DNA from: a virus
DNA length: 32,544 nt
Direction: 5' to 3' (one strand)
Virus record (IMG/VR): IMGVR_UViG_3300048599_000816
Coordinates: 1-32,544 of that record
In this document: positions 16,813-25,127 of the stretch, piece after piece
Layout: every line of letters starts with the position of its first letter
How positions within the stretch are numbered: the first letter of the stretch is position 1
The notes under the pieces: model-generated
Told to the model about the DNA's origin: nothing
What the model saw: the letters and a program-made list of their open reading frames with translations, nothing else
Database searches by the model: none
Made by a program: the position numbers and the translations under genes

Positions 16813-16896
16813 AGTTGATACTACATTATAAAAAGAGTAGAAAAAGCGTATTTTTTAATGGTTTTATCACTTGCTACAAATTAAAGGAGACAACAA

Positions 16897-17307
16897 ATGT
16901 TAAACAGCGAACTTTTAATAAAGAGTATAGTTGCATCATTTTCTGACATGTCAACACATGAACTTGAAAAGTTTATAGAAAAAAGATATAAAGAAAAAGC
17001 ACCACAAAGTGAAATTGACAAGTTAGAGAATGAATATGCTACAAGAGTATCTGAAGACGATTTGGATATGTCAGAAGGTATCTCTCTTGAAGAACAACTT
17101 AGAAACATGTATCATAGATATATTACTCCTAAAGATAGAGGAGGAATGGAAGAAGAAGACATTATAAACAACATGAGGTCTGCAATAGATAGTTACAGGG
17201 GCACATCTTCTAACTTTTCAGATAAACAAATCTTAGATGCTGCTAAAGATGTTTATATGCATCGAAAAAACTTGCTTTTAAAATACAAACAAAAACGTTT
17301 AAAATAG
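16897..17307 (+). CDS. hypothetical acidic 136-aa protein (plus strand)
   Basis: ORF track; TTAAAGGAGACAACAAATG RBS; divergent from 16189..16812. Confidence 0.8.
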   Translation: MLNSELLIKSIVASFSDMSTHELEKFIEKRYKEKAPQSEIDKLENEYATRVSEDDLDMSEGISLEEQLRNMYHRYITPKDRGGMEEEDIINNMRSAIDSYRGTSSNFSDKQILDAAKDVYMHRKNLLLKYKQKRLK

Positions 17308-17328
17308 ATCCTCCTATGACCCTCACGG

Positions 17329-17403
17329 GCCTAAACAAAACGAGCCATAGGAGATAACCTAAGGCTCTAAAATTTGTGTGTTGTAATGTCCCGAACTGAT
17401 CAA
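17329..17403. repeat. ~75-bp repeat R2 with terminator hairpin (GAGCCATAGG..CCTAAGGCTC), between convergent genes; overlaps the stop codon of 17400..17702
   Basis: About 88% identical to R1; hairpin flanked by A-run on one side and T-rich run on the other, so potentially a bidirectional terminator. Confidence 0.65.
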
Positions 17404-17702
17404 CAGCAGGCAGTGAGTTGGAGTGCCGGTGCACTGATTTTTGCCTTTGGTGCTTCTAAGGGAGTCCGACCATACTTACGACCTTTGAGTCCAGCAGCTT
17501 CAAGATGTTTGCATGAACCATGACGAATATTACCACGACATGAGCATGTCCACCAACCAGCAGCTGCATCGTAAGAAATCATGTATTTGTTGTTTGAAGA
17601 CTCTGACCTGACTGTAAAGCGAACTTTGTAACGATCAGTATCAGGGAAAACTTCAACTGCATTTCTTGGGATCAGGGAATTTGTTGTTGTAAGTTCGTTC
17701 AT
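17400..17702 (-). CDS. SWIM zinc-finger protein (WTCSCRGNIRHGSCKHL)
   Basis: CxCx(n)CxH pattern seen in translation; AAGGAGAGAACCATG RBS; motif near 17745. Confidence 0.8.
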   Translation of the reverse strand: MNELTTTNSLIPRNAVEVFPDTDRYKVRFTVRSESSNNKYMISYDAAAGWWTCSCRGNIRHGSCKHLEAAGLKGRKYGRTPLEAPKAKISAPALQLTACC

Positions 17703-17768
17703 GGTTCTCTCCTTGTTTGTTGGTTATAGAAGCTATATCGTGAGATTTGGAGAAACAACCAATCTTTT

Positions 17769-18014
17769 TTAACAGTTTAGCGCTTCAAGACCATCAATTT
17801 CTTTTGATAAATCTGACACAAGATTTCTTAAAAACTTTGAGTCGTTGTCATCTTTTAGAGCATGAGCTGCAAGTAAAAGACATGATTGAGCAATTTCAAT
17901 ACGCTTCTCATCCCAAGTGTAATGGGCTATATCAGGTGGTAAGTCGTTGAGCATCTGTAAAGTACGAGCAATTGAATCAATAACAGTAATGATCTCTGGT
18001 TTATCTTTAATCAT
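17769..18014 (-). CDS. hypothetical 81-aa protein
   Basis: ORF track; overlaps upstream gene end. Confidence 0.7.
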   Translation of the reverse strand: MIKDKPEIITVIDSIARTLQMLNDLPPDIAHYTWDEKRIEIAQSCLLLAAHALKDDNDSKFLRNLVSDLSKEIDGLEALNC

Positions 18015-18264
18015 TTTTTCTCTCCTTTGCCAGTTTAGAACAAATCTTATCTACAGATTTATGAATGAGCATTTTTTGCGCTTGATTATTTGTTGCAGGA
18101 TTTTGTAAGTTTGTAAAGTATTCAATGATTTCATCGTCAGTGAAAGACTTTTTTAACTCTGCAATCATTTGTTTAACAATTTTTGTTGCAGTACTTTTTT
18201 TCACTTCTGCATCAATCATGCCATTGACTTGATAGTCAATAATTTCTTGCATTGTTTGTTTCAT
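18007..18264 (-). CDS. hypothetical 85-aa protein
   Basis: ORF track; AAGGAGAGAAAAAATG RBS. Confidence 0.75.
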   Translation of the reverse strand: MKQTMQEIIDYQVNGMIDAEVKKSTATKIVKQMIAELKKSFTDDEIIEYFTNLQNPATNNQAQKMLIHKSVDKICSKLAKERKND

Positions 18265-18275
18265 TTTTTCTCTCC

Positions 18276-18629
18276 TTAAGTAAAATAGATTTGTTGAGCA
18301 TCTTTGATAAAGTCAAGTATTTCTTGAATTCTTATCTCATAGTATGAAGCATCTTTTCCTTGTTCAATGATTGGTGAATGACCTGATTTTTTATAGATAG
18401 TAGTTTTTGTTGTGAATTCACTTGGTGTATTGCGAACTACTTGAAGTAAAGTAGTAAGTTTGTTTTTTAGTATTTCAAGTTCACCGCCATCGATTGTCAC
18501 ACCAAAGTCTTTGATTTTGTAGTCTATCATAAACATAAGAGAGTCGAAGTTGCCGTTAGCAAAGCTGGGACCTTCTCTTGTTATAAGGCCAAAACGAGTA
18601 TTGATTTTGCCATAAATTGAGATAGACAT
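18276..18629 (-). CDS. hypothetical 117-aa protein
   Basis: ORF track; GGGAATAGAAAAATG weak SD, close-packed operon with neighbours. Confidence 0.75.
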   Translation of the reverse strand: MSISIYGKINTRFGLITREGPSFANGNFDSLMFMIDYKIKDFGVTIDGGELEILKNKLTTLLQVVRNTPSEFTTKTTIYKKSGHSPIIEQGKDASYYEIRIQEILDFIKDAQQIYFT

Positions 18630-18641
18630 TTTTCTATTCCC

Positions 18642-19019
18642 TTATCTTTTTTCGTATTCAGATTTCCAGACAACAAAGTTGTTATATTGACTTTCAGACC
18701 ATTCATATTCAACATCAGCACCGTCCATTAAACGTTGCCGTACAGCTTCAACAAGAGTTTCATGTACTTTTTGCGTGTATATGATTCCATAATGAGGAAA
18801 GCAATCTCTCATGCCTACAAAAAGGTGAGTGTCCAGTATGTAAATCAACTTGTGATTGGGCATTTCGATAAAGTCAAGAATGACCCTGACAACATTGTGC
18901 GTATGTTCAATTAGCACAGTTGGTATTTTCTCTGGGTGTTCAAAGTCAATATCAAGTTCTTTTTCGAACTGACTTAAAAAGAATTTGTACAAATTTGACT
19001 TTTCAGTTTCTCTATTCAT
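18642..19019 (-). CDS. hypothetical 125-aa protein
   Basis: ORF track; AGGAGGAAACTATG RBS; motif near 19037; terminator 19064-19099 upstream. Confidence 0.8.
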   Translation of the reverse strand: MNRETEKSNLYKFFLSQFEKELDIDFEHPEKIPTVLIEHTHNVVRVILDFIEMPNHKLIYILDTHLFVGMRDCFPHYGIIYTQKVHETLVEAVRQRLMDGADVEYEWSESQYNNFVVWKSEYEKR

Positions 19020-19063
19020 AGTTTCCTCCTAATAGCTATATCGTTAGAAGTAGTATGTGTTGC

Positions 19064-19099
19064 CAAAAACAAAAAAGGCCCTGGCATTCGCCAAGGGCC
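19064..19099 (-). terminator. rho-independent terminator (GGCCCTTGGC..GCCAGGGCC, TTTTTTGTTTTT) fused to next promoter motif
   Basis: Minus strand: hairpin, T-tract, then TGGCAACACATACTACTTCTAACGATATAG. Confidence 0.6.
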
Positions 19100-19187
19100 G
19101 TAAGGAAAGGAGAGAGATTTATAAAAAGACAAGACTATAAGTGTTTCCGTTTGAAGATTCAAACGACCATTCCTGTTTAAGCCTTGT

Positions 19188-19415
19188 CTATTTCTTCAAT
19201 GATTTGTTCTTTGAAAGATACTTTGCTAAGTACAAGAGCTTTAATTGTTCTTGACGTTGTTCTTGTTTTTTATCTTTGTTTTCTAATCTTTCATTTTCTT
19301 TTTCAGGATCATGAACTGCACAATACCAAGTTTCGTCTCTTTTTACAACAGCATCATTTTTGCATTGTCTCCAATGAAATACTCCATTGCCTTTAATTTG
19401 CTTTTGGCATTGCAT
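19188..19415 (-). CDS. 75-aa Cys-containing basic protein
   Basis: ORF track; starts 5 nt after upstream stop. Confidence 0.65.
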   Translation of the reverse strand: MQCQKQIKGNGVFHWRQCKNDAVVKRDETWYCAVHDPEKENERLENKDKKQEQRQEQLKLLYLAKYLSKNKSLKK

Positions 19416-19419
19416 TTTT

Positions 19420-19641
19420 TTATCTGCCTACTTCCATAGTTTGTGGTCCATGCATTACATAACCAGCACTATTTGGAGGACAATAAGAGACATTTACTTC
19501 AAAAGACTTCGCTAATTTTATTATTTCTTTTGGTGTCCAAGATTCTGAGTAAGTAAAAAATTCTAGCCATTTCAAAGAGCCAAAAAAGTTTTTATAATAC
19601 TCCTGATCTTTTTTAGCCAGAAGTTTTTTTGCTTTTTCCAT
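19420..19641 (-). CDS. hypothetical 73-aa protein (starts MEKAKKLLAKK)
   Basis: Internal ATG (M10 of track ORF 19420..19668) with GAGGTAACAATG SD, just after upstream stop. Confidence 0.6.
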   Translation of the reverse strand: MEKAKKLLAKKDQEYYKNFFGSLKWLEFFTYSESWTPKEIIKLAKSFEVNVSYCPPNSAGYVMHGPQTMEVGR

Positions 19642-19648
19642 TGTTACC

Positions 19649-19924
19649 TCACAAACCGAAAGTTTCAATTGCTTTGATTACAACGTTGCATGCTTCAGCA
19701 GTGAAATCAGCGCCATGAATGTCAGCTTCAACAATCTCAATGAATTTGTTGATCAGTTCGAGTTCTTCAGGTGTTGATGCATAAGCTTCTGGAGTAGCTT
19801 TGTATGCTTCAAGAAATTCAGCTAGACAATGTCCTTCTTCAAGTTCCAAGTTGTCGTCCCAACCAGGAAGCTTTGAGAAGTGATCTATAACGTGTAATTC
19901 GAGTTCTGTACGTTCATGTTTCAT
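19649..19924 (-). CDS. hypothetical acidic 91-aa protein
   Basis: ORF track; AAGGAGAGACTATG RBS; motif near 19953. Confidence 0.75.
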   Translation of the reverse strand: MKHERTELELHVIDHFSKLPGWDDNLELEEGHCLAEFLEAYKATPEAYASTPEELELINKFIEIVEADIHGADFTAEACNVVIKAIETFGL

Positions 19925-19981
19925 AGTCTCTCCTTTTGTTGATAGTTACTATATCGCGTGTTGCGAAATAGTTGCCAACAA

Positions 19982-20329
19982 TTATTTATTGCTTTTGACA
20001 CATATAGAATAAGAACCATCAACATAAGATTCGATTGAAAAACCAAAACCTTCACCAATTCTTCTTATCATATCTGAGGTTGCTGTTTGACAAAGTTTCT
20101 GGTATTTTGTTTCTTGAGTATTTGTGTTGCCATGAACTTTTTCGCCAGCAGCTTCAAAGAAGCCTTTTGTTTTTGATGCAGTCCAGAGTTTCTTAAGACC
20201 TTTGATATAGTTGCGTGCATTACTACGAGTTTCTTTGGGACAATCACGAGGTATTGCAAGTGTACCTTCGTTGATATGTATTTCCCAACCGTCTACATTG
20301 ATAAAACTTGGTGACGGAAACTTGTTCAT
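19982..20329 (-). CDS. hypothetical 115-aa protein
   Basis: ORF track; TAAGGAGAGTTTATG RBS. Confidence 0.8.
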   Translation of the reverse strand: MNKFPSPSFINVDGWEIHINEGTLAIPRDCPKETRSNARNYIKGLKKLWTASKTKGFFEAAGEKVHGNTNTQETKYQKLCQTATSDMIRRIGEGFGFSIESYVDGSYSICVKSNK

Positions 20330-20338
20330 AAACTCTCC

Positions 20339-20479
20339 TTATTCTAAACCAGCAAGTGTTCTGAGTTCTATTAAAAGATTTTCGACAGAAGAACTTTCAG
20401 GACCATTTGACATTTGAGCGATTTTTATCATACGAGCTTTTGAAGCAATCAAAATCATGTTGAAAGAAATTGGGTCCAT
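20339..20479 (-). CDS. possible 46-aa protein (MDPISFNMILIASKARMIKIAQMSNGPESSSVENLLIELRTLAGLE)
   Basis: AAGGAGAGAACATG RBS plus motif copy (20505-20536) plus upstream terminator; stop overlaps next RBS; hand translation. Confidence 0.45.
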   Translation of the reverse strand: MDPISFNMILIASKARMIKIAQMSNGPESSSVENLLIELRTLAGLE

Positions 20480-20537
20480 GTTCTCTCCTTTGTTTAGTGA
20501 TAGTAACTATATCGTGAGAAAGCGAGAGAGTTACCAA

Positions 20538-20563
20538 AACACAAAAAGGGGGCTTAAGCCCCG
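20538..20563 (-). terminator. rho-independent terminator (GGGGC-TTAA-GCCCC, TTTTTGTGTTTT)
   Basis: Immediately downstream of lipoprotein gene stop (20568). Confidence 0.6.
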
Positions 20564-20567
20564 CATT

Positions 20568-21401
20568 TTAGTAAGTGAGTTGAACGAATACTTGGTCATA
20601 AGTTGCACTGAAAGTAGAAGCACCTATTTCATTCCAAGTTGTGCCATCAGTAGATCCAAAGATAGTTATACTTGATGGTTCTTTGTAGAAGAAAGTTTCC
20701 CAAGATGCGATTTTAAGTTGTGTGAATACATAAGCTGCACCCATATCAACAGTCCATGACCAGGGAAACGTACTGAATTTTATATAACCACCACTTGCTG
20801 TAGTATCACCATTAAACAAAGATGACAGTTCATTGCCAGTCTCAATAGCTGAATGTGATACTGTTGTATAACCACCAACAACTGGAGTATTCACATTAAG
20901 AAATGATGTCTCTGTAAGAATGGCTTCATTAGGACCACCAATACCAATGCTGTTTACAGTAAGTTTATAATATCGGTATCCATAATTTGTGGGTTCTACC
21001 TCGCCCAAGATCTGTACGCTTCCAGTGACTCGGGATAATGTGACTGGTACAGCTGTTACTTCACCACCAGAGATATCTGCTGTAGATGTGCCTTCATATT
21101 GAGGAGCTCCAACAGAATCATAAATAGTAACTTTAAACGATCTTCCTTTTCCGACTGGAATCTCGTCAACTCTTCCACTTATTAAGTTGGGACTTACAGA
21201 CATACGCTTTGAAATTGTTTGCATACCATGTCCTGCAACTTGCAGATCAGCAGTTTTTATGACTTCCTGTTGAGCATTAGCAGTAGAAACTTGACATGTT
21301 ACTGTACCTGTACCGTCATCATGAGACAAAACTGATAGAGGACCTTTTCCACTACAGCTTACAAGTAACATTGTTGTGATAAAAACTAGAAATGTCTTCA
21401 T
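20568..21401 (-). CDS. predicted lipoprotein (signal peptide, lipobox LVSC) with C-terminal discoidin/F5-8 type C-like (galactose-binding-like) domain
   Basis: N-terminal MKTFLVFITTMLLVSCSG; C-terminal ..GDTTASGGYIKFSTFPWSWTVDMGAAYVF.. pattern; AAAGGAGGCTTCTTTATG RBS; motif 21442-21474. Confidence 0.75.
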   Translation of the reverse strand: MKTFLVFITTMLLVSCSGKGPLSVLSHDDGTGTVTCQVSTANAQQEVIKTADLQVAGHGMQTISKRMSVSPNLISGRVDEIPVGKGRSFKVTIYDSVGAPQYEGTSTADISGGEVTAVPVTLSRVTGSVQILGEVEPTNYGYRYYKLTVNSIGIGGPNEAILTETSFLNVNTPVVGGYTTVSHSAIETGNELSSLFNGDTTASGGYIKFSTFPWSWTVDMGAAYVFTQLKIASWETFFYKEPSSITIFGSTDGTTWNEIGASTFSATYDQVFVQLTY

Positions 21402-21543
21402 AAAGAAGCCTCCTTTGTTGTGATGTAATTAGTTGATAGCAACTATATCGTGAGAAAGCGAGAGAGGTGCCAAAAAGAAGGACTCCCTTTTTGCGACCAC
21501 AAACAAGTTCAAAGTTAAATGTCGTGGTCAAGGGAGTCCAGAA

Positions 21544-21915
21544 TTATTTTTTCCATGTGTAAAGAGTACATTCAGATTTTCCGTCATAGAAACCTTCATG
21601 CTCAGTGATTTTGTCAGCAGGTATTGGTGCTTTGATAGAGAGAAATACAGAGTAAGAATCAACAAACTTGTTTGACTTGCCAAATAGTCTTCCAGATTTT
21701 GTATGAGCATCACTTATAGTAGCAACCAAACCGATATCTTTAAGAATGTTTATAGCTCTTTGATGAAGTTGTTTGTCTGTTCTGTCAAGAACTTTTATAA
21801 CTAATTCAGGAGGATCGTCATCATCAAAGCAGATGAAGAAGTCTTCACCTGATAGCACTGGTTCTTTATAGATTTTTCCGTCTGTTGCTTGAACGTAAGT
21901 TGCTACTAAACTCAT
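21544..21915 (-). CDS. hypothetical 123-aa protein
   Basis: ORF track; AAAGGAAAAAAATG RBS. Confidence 0.75.
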   Translation of the reverse strand: MSLVATYVQATDGKIYKEPVLSGEDFFICFDDDDPPELVIKVLDRTDKQLHQRAINILKDIGLVATISDAHTKSGRLFGKSNKFVDSYSVFLSIKAPIPADKITEHEGFYDGKSECTLYTWKK

Positions 21916-21925
21916 TTTTTTCCTT

Positions 21926-22294
21926 TTAAAAAAAGAATCCCATAATATCTTTAGGTGTTGTTTTTGTTGTCAAGATTTTTTCTATATCGATGACATTAGA
22001 TGGTTTATATCTAATGTTCATTTTTTCAAGATATTGACGAATAGCATCCATACGGAGCTTTTTCATATGACCACTTTGCGTCAATTTTATCTCTTTAGTT
22101 ATTTGAACTTCAAGATTATCAAGCAATCCTTTTTGTTTTGCTTGTGTGTAATGCCTACACAATCTTCTAAAGCCAAAGCCCTTACATGAACATGAATCAT
22201 GAGTGATTTTGTATGTATGACCTGAGCCAGATATACATTCAACGTACCCTGATTTAAGGGTAAAGATATCGGGTCCTTCTATTTTAACACCCAT
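21926..22294 (-). CDS. SWIM zinc-finger protein (CSCKGFGFRRLCRH), 122 aa
   Basis: CxCx(n)CxH seen; start overlaps upstream gene by 11 nt. Confidence 0.75.
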   Translation of the reverse strand: MGVKIEGPDIFTLKSGYVECISGSGHTYKITHDSCSCKGFGFRRLCRHYTQAKQKGLLDNLEVQITKEIKLTQSGHMKKLRMDAIRQYLEKMNIRYKPSNVIDIEKILTTKTTPKDIMGFFF

Positions 22295-22595
22295 ATTCTA
22301 CCACGATTTCTCCAGTAGAGAAGATATTAATAAGAATCGGGATATCTTCAAAAAGAAGAACGACGCAAGTTCCATTGTCAGAGTAATCAACGTTTGTAAC
22401 TTTTCTGTTTATTACTTTTTCCAGTATTTCAATCCCATATTCTATCACTATTTTCTTTGAAGAAAAGATACTCATAGGGTCAAGCTCTTCTTCGAAGAAA
22501 AGAACGATGCAAGTGTTTTCGTCGGAAAAGTCGAATTTTACGAGTTTTTTCCCGACAGCTTTTTTCAAAGCTTCTATTGTTTTGGGATTTGCCAT
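22284..22595 (-). CDS. 103-aa protein made of two tandem ~45-aa repeats (..DFSDENTCIVLFFEE..IVIEYG / ..DYSDNGTCVVLLFED..IVVEYG)
   Basis: ORF track; AAAAGGAGAGTACATG RBS; motif near 22623; internal duplication visible in translation. Confidence 0.8.
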   Translation of the reverse strand: MANPKTIEALKKAVGKKLVKFDFSDENTCIVLFFEEELDPMSIFSSKKIVIEYGIEILEKVINRKVTNVDYSDNGTCVVLLFEDIPILINIFSTGEIVVEYGC

Positions 22596-22649
22596 GTACT
22601 CTCCTTTTGTTGTTACAAACTATATCGAGAGTTTTTTGATAGGTTGCCA

Positions 22650-22904
22650 TTAAAGAAGTTGATGTGTTCCCTCATACGGAACTATTTCTGAAGTTTCAGG
22701 TGTCGTCTTCAAGTCTCCAACTATTGTTTTAAGCAATTCCAGATTTCTTTTTAATGCTTCATGATCTAAATAGGGAAGACATTCATCATTTGCTACAATC
22801 CATTCAAGATCACTTATTGTGCACTTCAAGGGAAGTGTAAACTTTTCTAACTCATGGTCAGCTTTTCTTTTTTGAAAGACTGTACCTTTAAACTTTACTG
22901 GCAT
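22650..22904 (-). CDS. hypothetical 84-aa protein
   Basis: ORF track; TTAGGAGATAGTATG RBS. Confidence 0.75.
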   Translation of the reverse strand: MPVKFKGTVFQKRKADHELEKFTLPLKCTISDLEWIVANDECLPYLDHEALKRNLELLKTIVGDLKTTPETSEIVPYEGTHQLL

Positions 22905-22912
22905 ACTATCTC

Positions 22913-23125
22913 CTAATCATCATTATGACCTTCATACCAATCATCATCATGCCAAATAGATTCATGTTCATCGAGCATTTGCTCTAACCATGATTTTTGT
23001 ATCCTGGTAATCTTATGGTGTTTGTTTTTATGTTTGCTCGAGGGCCTTCGAGCTGATCCACGTTTTGGCTTTGGTGGTACCTTTGCGGATTCTAACATGG
23101 CTTCAAATGCATCCACGATCTTCAA
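22913..23125 (-). CDS. hypothetical basic/His-rich 70-aa protein; start codon uncertain (TTG/GTG/ATG candidates)
   Basis: ORF track; overlaps upstream gene 3' end. Confidence 0.5.
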   Translation of the reverse strand: MKIVDAFEAMLESAKVPPKPKRGSARRPSSKHKNKHHKITRIQKSWLEQMLDEHESIWHDDDWYEGHNDD

Positions 23126-23342
23126 CCTTTGTTACAATGTTAAGCCATTCAGCAACACAACGTACTGGTTCTTCACGTGATTCAACTTTAACATAGACTG
23201 CATTGTTGTCAGGTGCACCATACTCAACAACTTCACCTTGACCTTGAAATTGCTTTAAAAAGCCTGATGAACAATCTACAAGATCACCAACCCGAAGCCC
23301 ATAATACCGGTTGCGTTCTTCGTTGTCCCATGGTTTAGTCAT
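23103..23342 (-). CDS. hypothetical 79-aa protein (starts MTKPWDNEERNRYY)
   Basis: Internal ATG (M7 of track ORF) overlapping the stop of the upstream 46-aa gene (ATGACTAA). Confidence 0.55.
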   Translation of the reverse strand: MTKPWDNEERNRYYGLRVGDLVDCSSGFLKQFQGQGEVVEYGAPDNNAVYVKVESREEPVRCVAEWLNIVTKVEDRGCI

Positions 23343-23475
23343 CTCTAAATGCCTCTTCATTAGGATCTATTTCTTCATCAACAAATTTGTCTAACGTCTC
23401 TCGTAATTCTTCTTCAGGTACATCCCAAACTAGACCTTTGATAGACTTAAGATAGTCAAAAAGATCATCAGACAT
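23335..23475 (-). CDS. possible 46-aa acidic protein (MSDDLFDYLKSIKGLVWDVPEEELRETLDKFVDEEIDPNEEAFRDD)
   Basis: TAAGGAGGTAACTATG strong RBS; degenerate motif near 23513; hand translation. Confidence 0.5.
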   Translation of the reverse strand: MSDDLFDYLKSIKGLVWDVPEEELRETLDKFVDEEIDPNEEAFRDD

Positions 23476-23582
23476 AGTTACCTCCTTATAATAAGAAAGA
23501 GATATCGTCAAAAAAAAATCTTATGCCAAACAAAAAGAGCCTGCATTTAGCAGGCCCCTTCAGGAGATAACTATGGACAGAA

Positions 23583-24629
23583 TCATTCTTCGATAATGAA
23601 GCCTGCGCTTTTTAGAATTGCAGCACATTTTTTCACAATGCTTTTCTTATTCTTCCGGTCCATTTCTTTAAGATTTGGATCAGCATGAATGCAAAGTGCA
23701 AAGGTGATATCAAGTATTTCGCCAGCAGTAAGTTTTCCGAATTCTTCGATTGTGCTACCGGGTTCAGAAGTTTTGAGTGCTTCGATCTTCTGGAGATGCT
23801 CATTTTTAGCAGTCGTTTTGATAGAAGCTTTTTCCTGTTTCTGAGTTTTTTCTCCATTACGACGTTTACTTCCTTCAACAGCCTTTTCGATCAAGGGAAC
23901 TTTTGTTACAGAGATTTCTGTTCCTTTATTGAGGCCCATGACTTCATATCGACAAACCCGCATTTTCTGGTTGTTATAGTCATTAGGAACTGCAACAACA
24001 TCCCTCGGATTGACTTTGACTTCAATCAAAGTGCCGTAATTGCCACGAGCATAACTGAATGCAGCCACATGCAGACCTGATGAACAAGTTTCATTCCGGT
24101 TTGGATTTACCTTTTCTCTGGGCATAGTAACAACTGCACCAACATTATTGCAGAAAGTACCTGTGTGTGCATCGACCAGATCACCGTTTCCATTTTTCTT
24201 TACGCCCTTATAACCAAGAAAGCAACCATCATGAGTGATGGGCATCTTATTTGCTTCCAAGAAGAGAAACAAGTGCTCTCTGCTTTCTTTACTGGGATTC
24301 TCCTGCACATTGCGCCAGAAATTCAGAAGTGGAAGATGTGGTAAACCCTGTTTGCAGAAAGCAACAATACGATCGGTGATTGTATCATGTACTTCAACAC
24401 CGTCGATAATGACAAGACCAGAATCTTTGTCAACTTTGATTGTGCCCTGGGAGTATTCTTCGATTTTCGCCCCAACATCCAACTGTACTTTGAGTTCATC
24501 ATCAGATGCACCAGCTAAGAGCATAGCCATGACTTTGTCGTATTTTTCTGTGCCCTTTTCAAGGGTAATGGGACGACAGCCTGAAAGAGAAACTACCAGA
24601 TAATTTCCGGTAGACAACCAATTTGCCAT
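23583..24629 (-). CDS. hypothetical 348-aa protein, no motif recognised
   Basis: ORF track; CAGGAGAGAACATTATG RBS; motif near 24662. Confidence 0.85.
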   Translation of the reverse strand: MANWLSTGNYLVVSLSGCRPITLEKGTEKYDKVMAMLLAGASDDELKVQLDVGAKIEEYSQGTIKVDKDSGLVIIDGVEVHDTITDRIVAFCKQGLPHLPLLNFWRNVQENPSKESREHLFLFLEANKMPITHDGCFLGYKGVKKNGNGDLVDAHTGTFCNNVGAVVTMPREKVNPNRNETCSSGLHVAAFSYARGNYGTLIEVKVNPRDVVAVPNDYNNQKMRVCRYEVMGLNKGTEISVTKVPLIEKAVEGSKRRNGEKTQKQEKASIKTTAKNEHLQKIEALKTSEPGSTIEEFGKLTAGEILDITFALCIHADPNLKEMDRKNKKSIVKKCAAILKSAGFIIEE

Positions 24630-24674
24630 AATGTTCTCTCCTGTTGAGGTACTAAAATTATATCGTTTGTTTAT

Positions 24675-24977
24675 TTACTTTTTGCCAACTGTACAAAACT
24701 TAAGACTACCAGCAATGCACCGATAGGTAACAACCTTTTCAAGGATTTCGTATTCGCATTTGTCTAAGTCATAGAGTTTTTTGAAAGTTTCAATTGCTGT
24801 CCATTCATCTTTTGCTGTAAGCGTGCAGCATTCTTTTTTCATTTTAAGAATGTAAGTGTGCCAGTCAGCTGCAAACTTATTTAAAGCAGGAATACCGCCT
24901 ACACCAAGAGAAAGACCTTGTGTATAATAACCATCTTTCTTAATTTGTTCGATTTTTCGTTTTGTATCGGCGTTCAT
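24675..24977 (-). CDS. hypothetical 100-aa protein
   Basis: ORF track; AAGGAGAAAACATG RBS; variant motif near 25004 (TGATATAAT in place of CGATATAG). Confidence 0.8.
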   Translation of the reverse strand: MNADTKRKIEQIKKDGYYTQGLSLGVGGIPALNKFAADWHTYILKMKKECCTLTAKDEWTAIETFKKLYDLDKCEYEILEKVVTYRCIAGSLKFCTVGKK

Positions 24978-25127
24978 GTTTTCTCCTTGTTAGTTATTAT
25001 ATCACATGCTTCAGTCGAAACTACCAAAAAGATTGAGAGAGCCTTTCAAGTAAAAAACAAACGGGATCCATAATTTCCTATGGATCCCAATTTTAAGTGT
25101 GCTCTAACCTAACGAGACTGATTCAGA

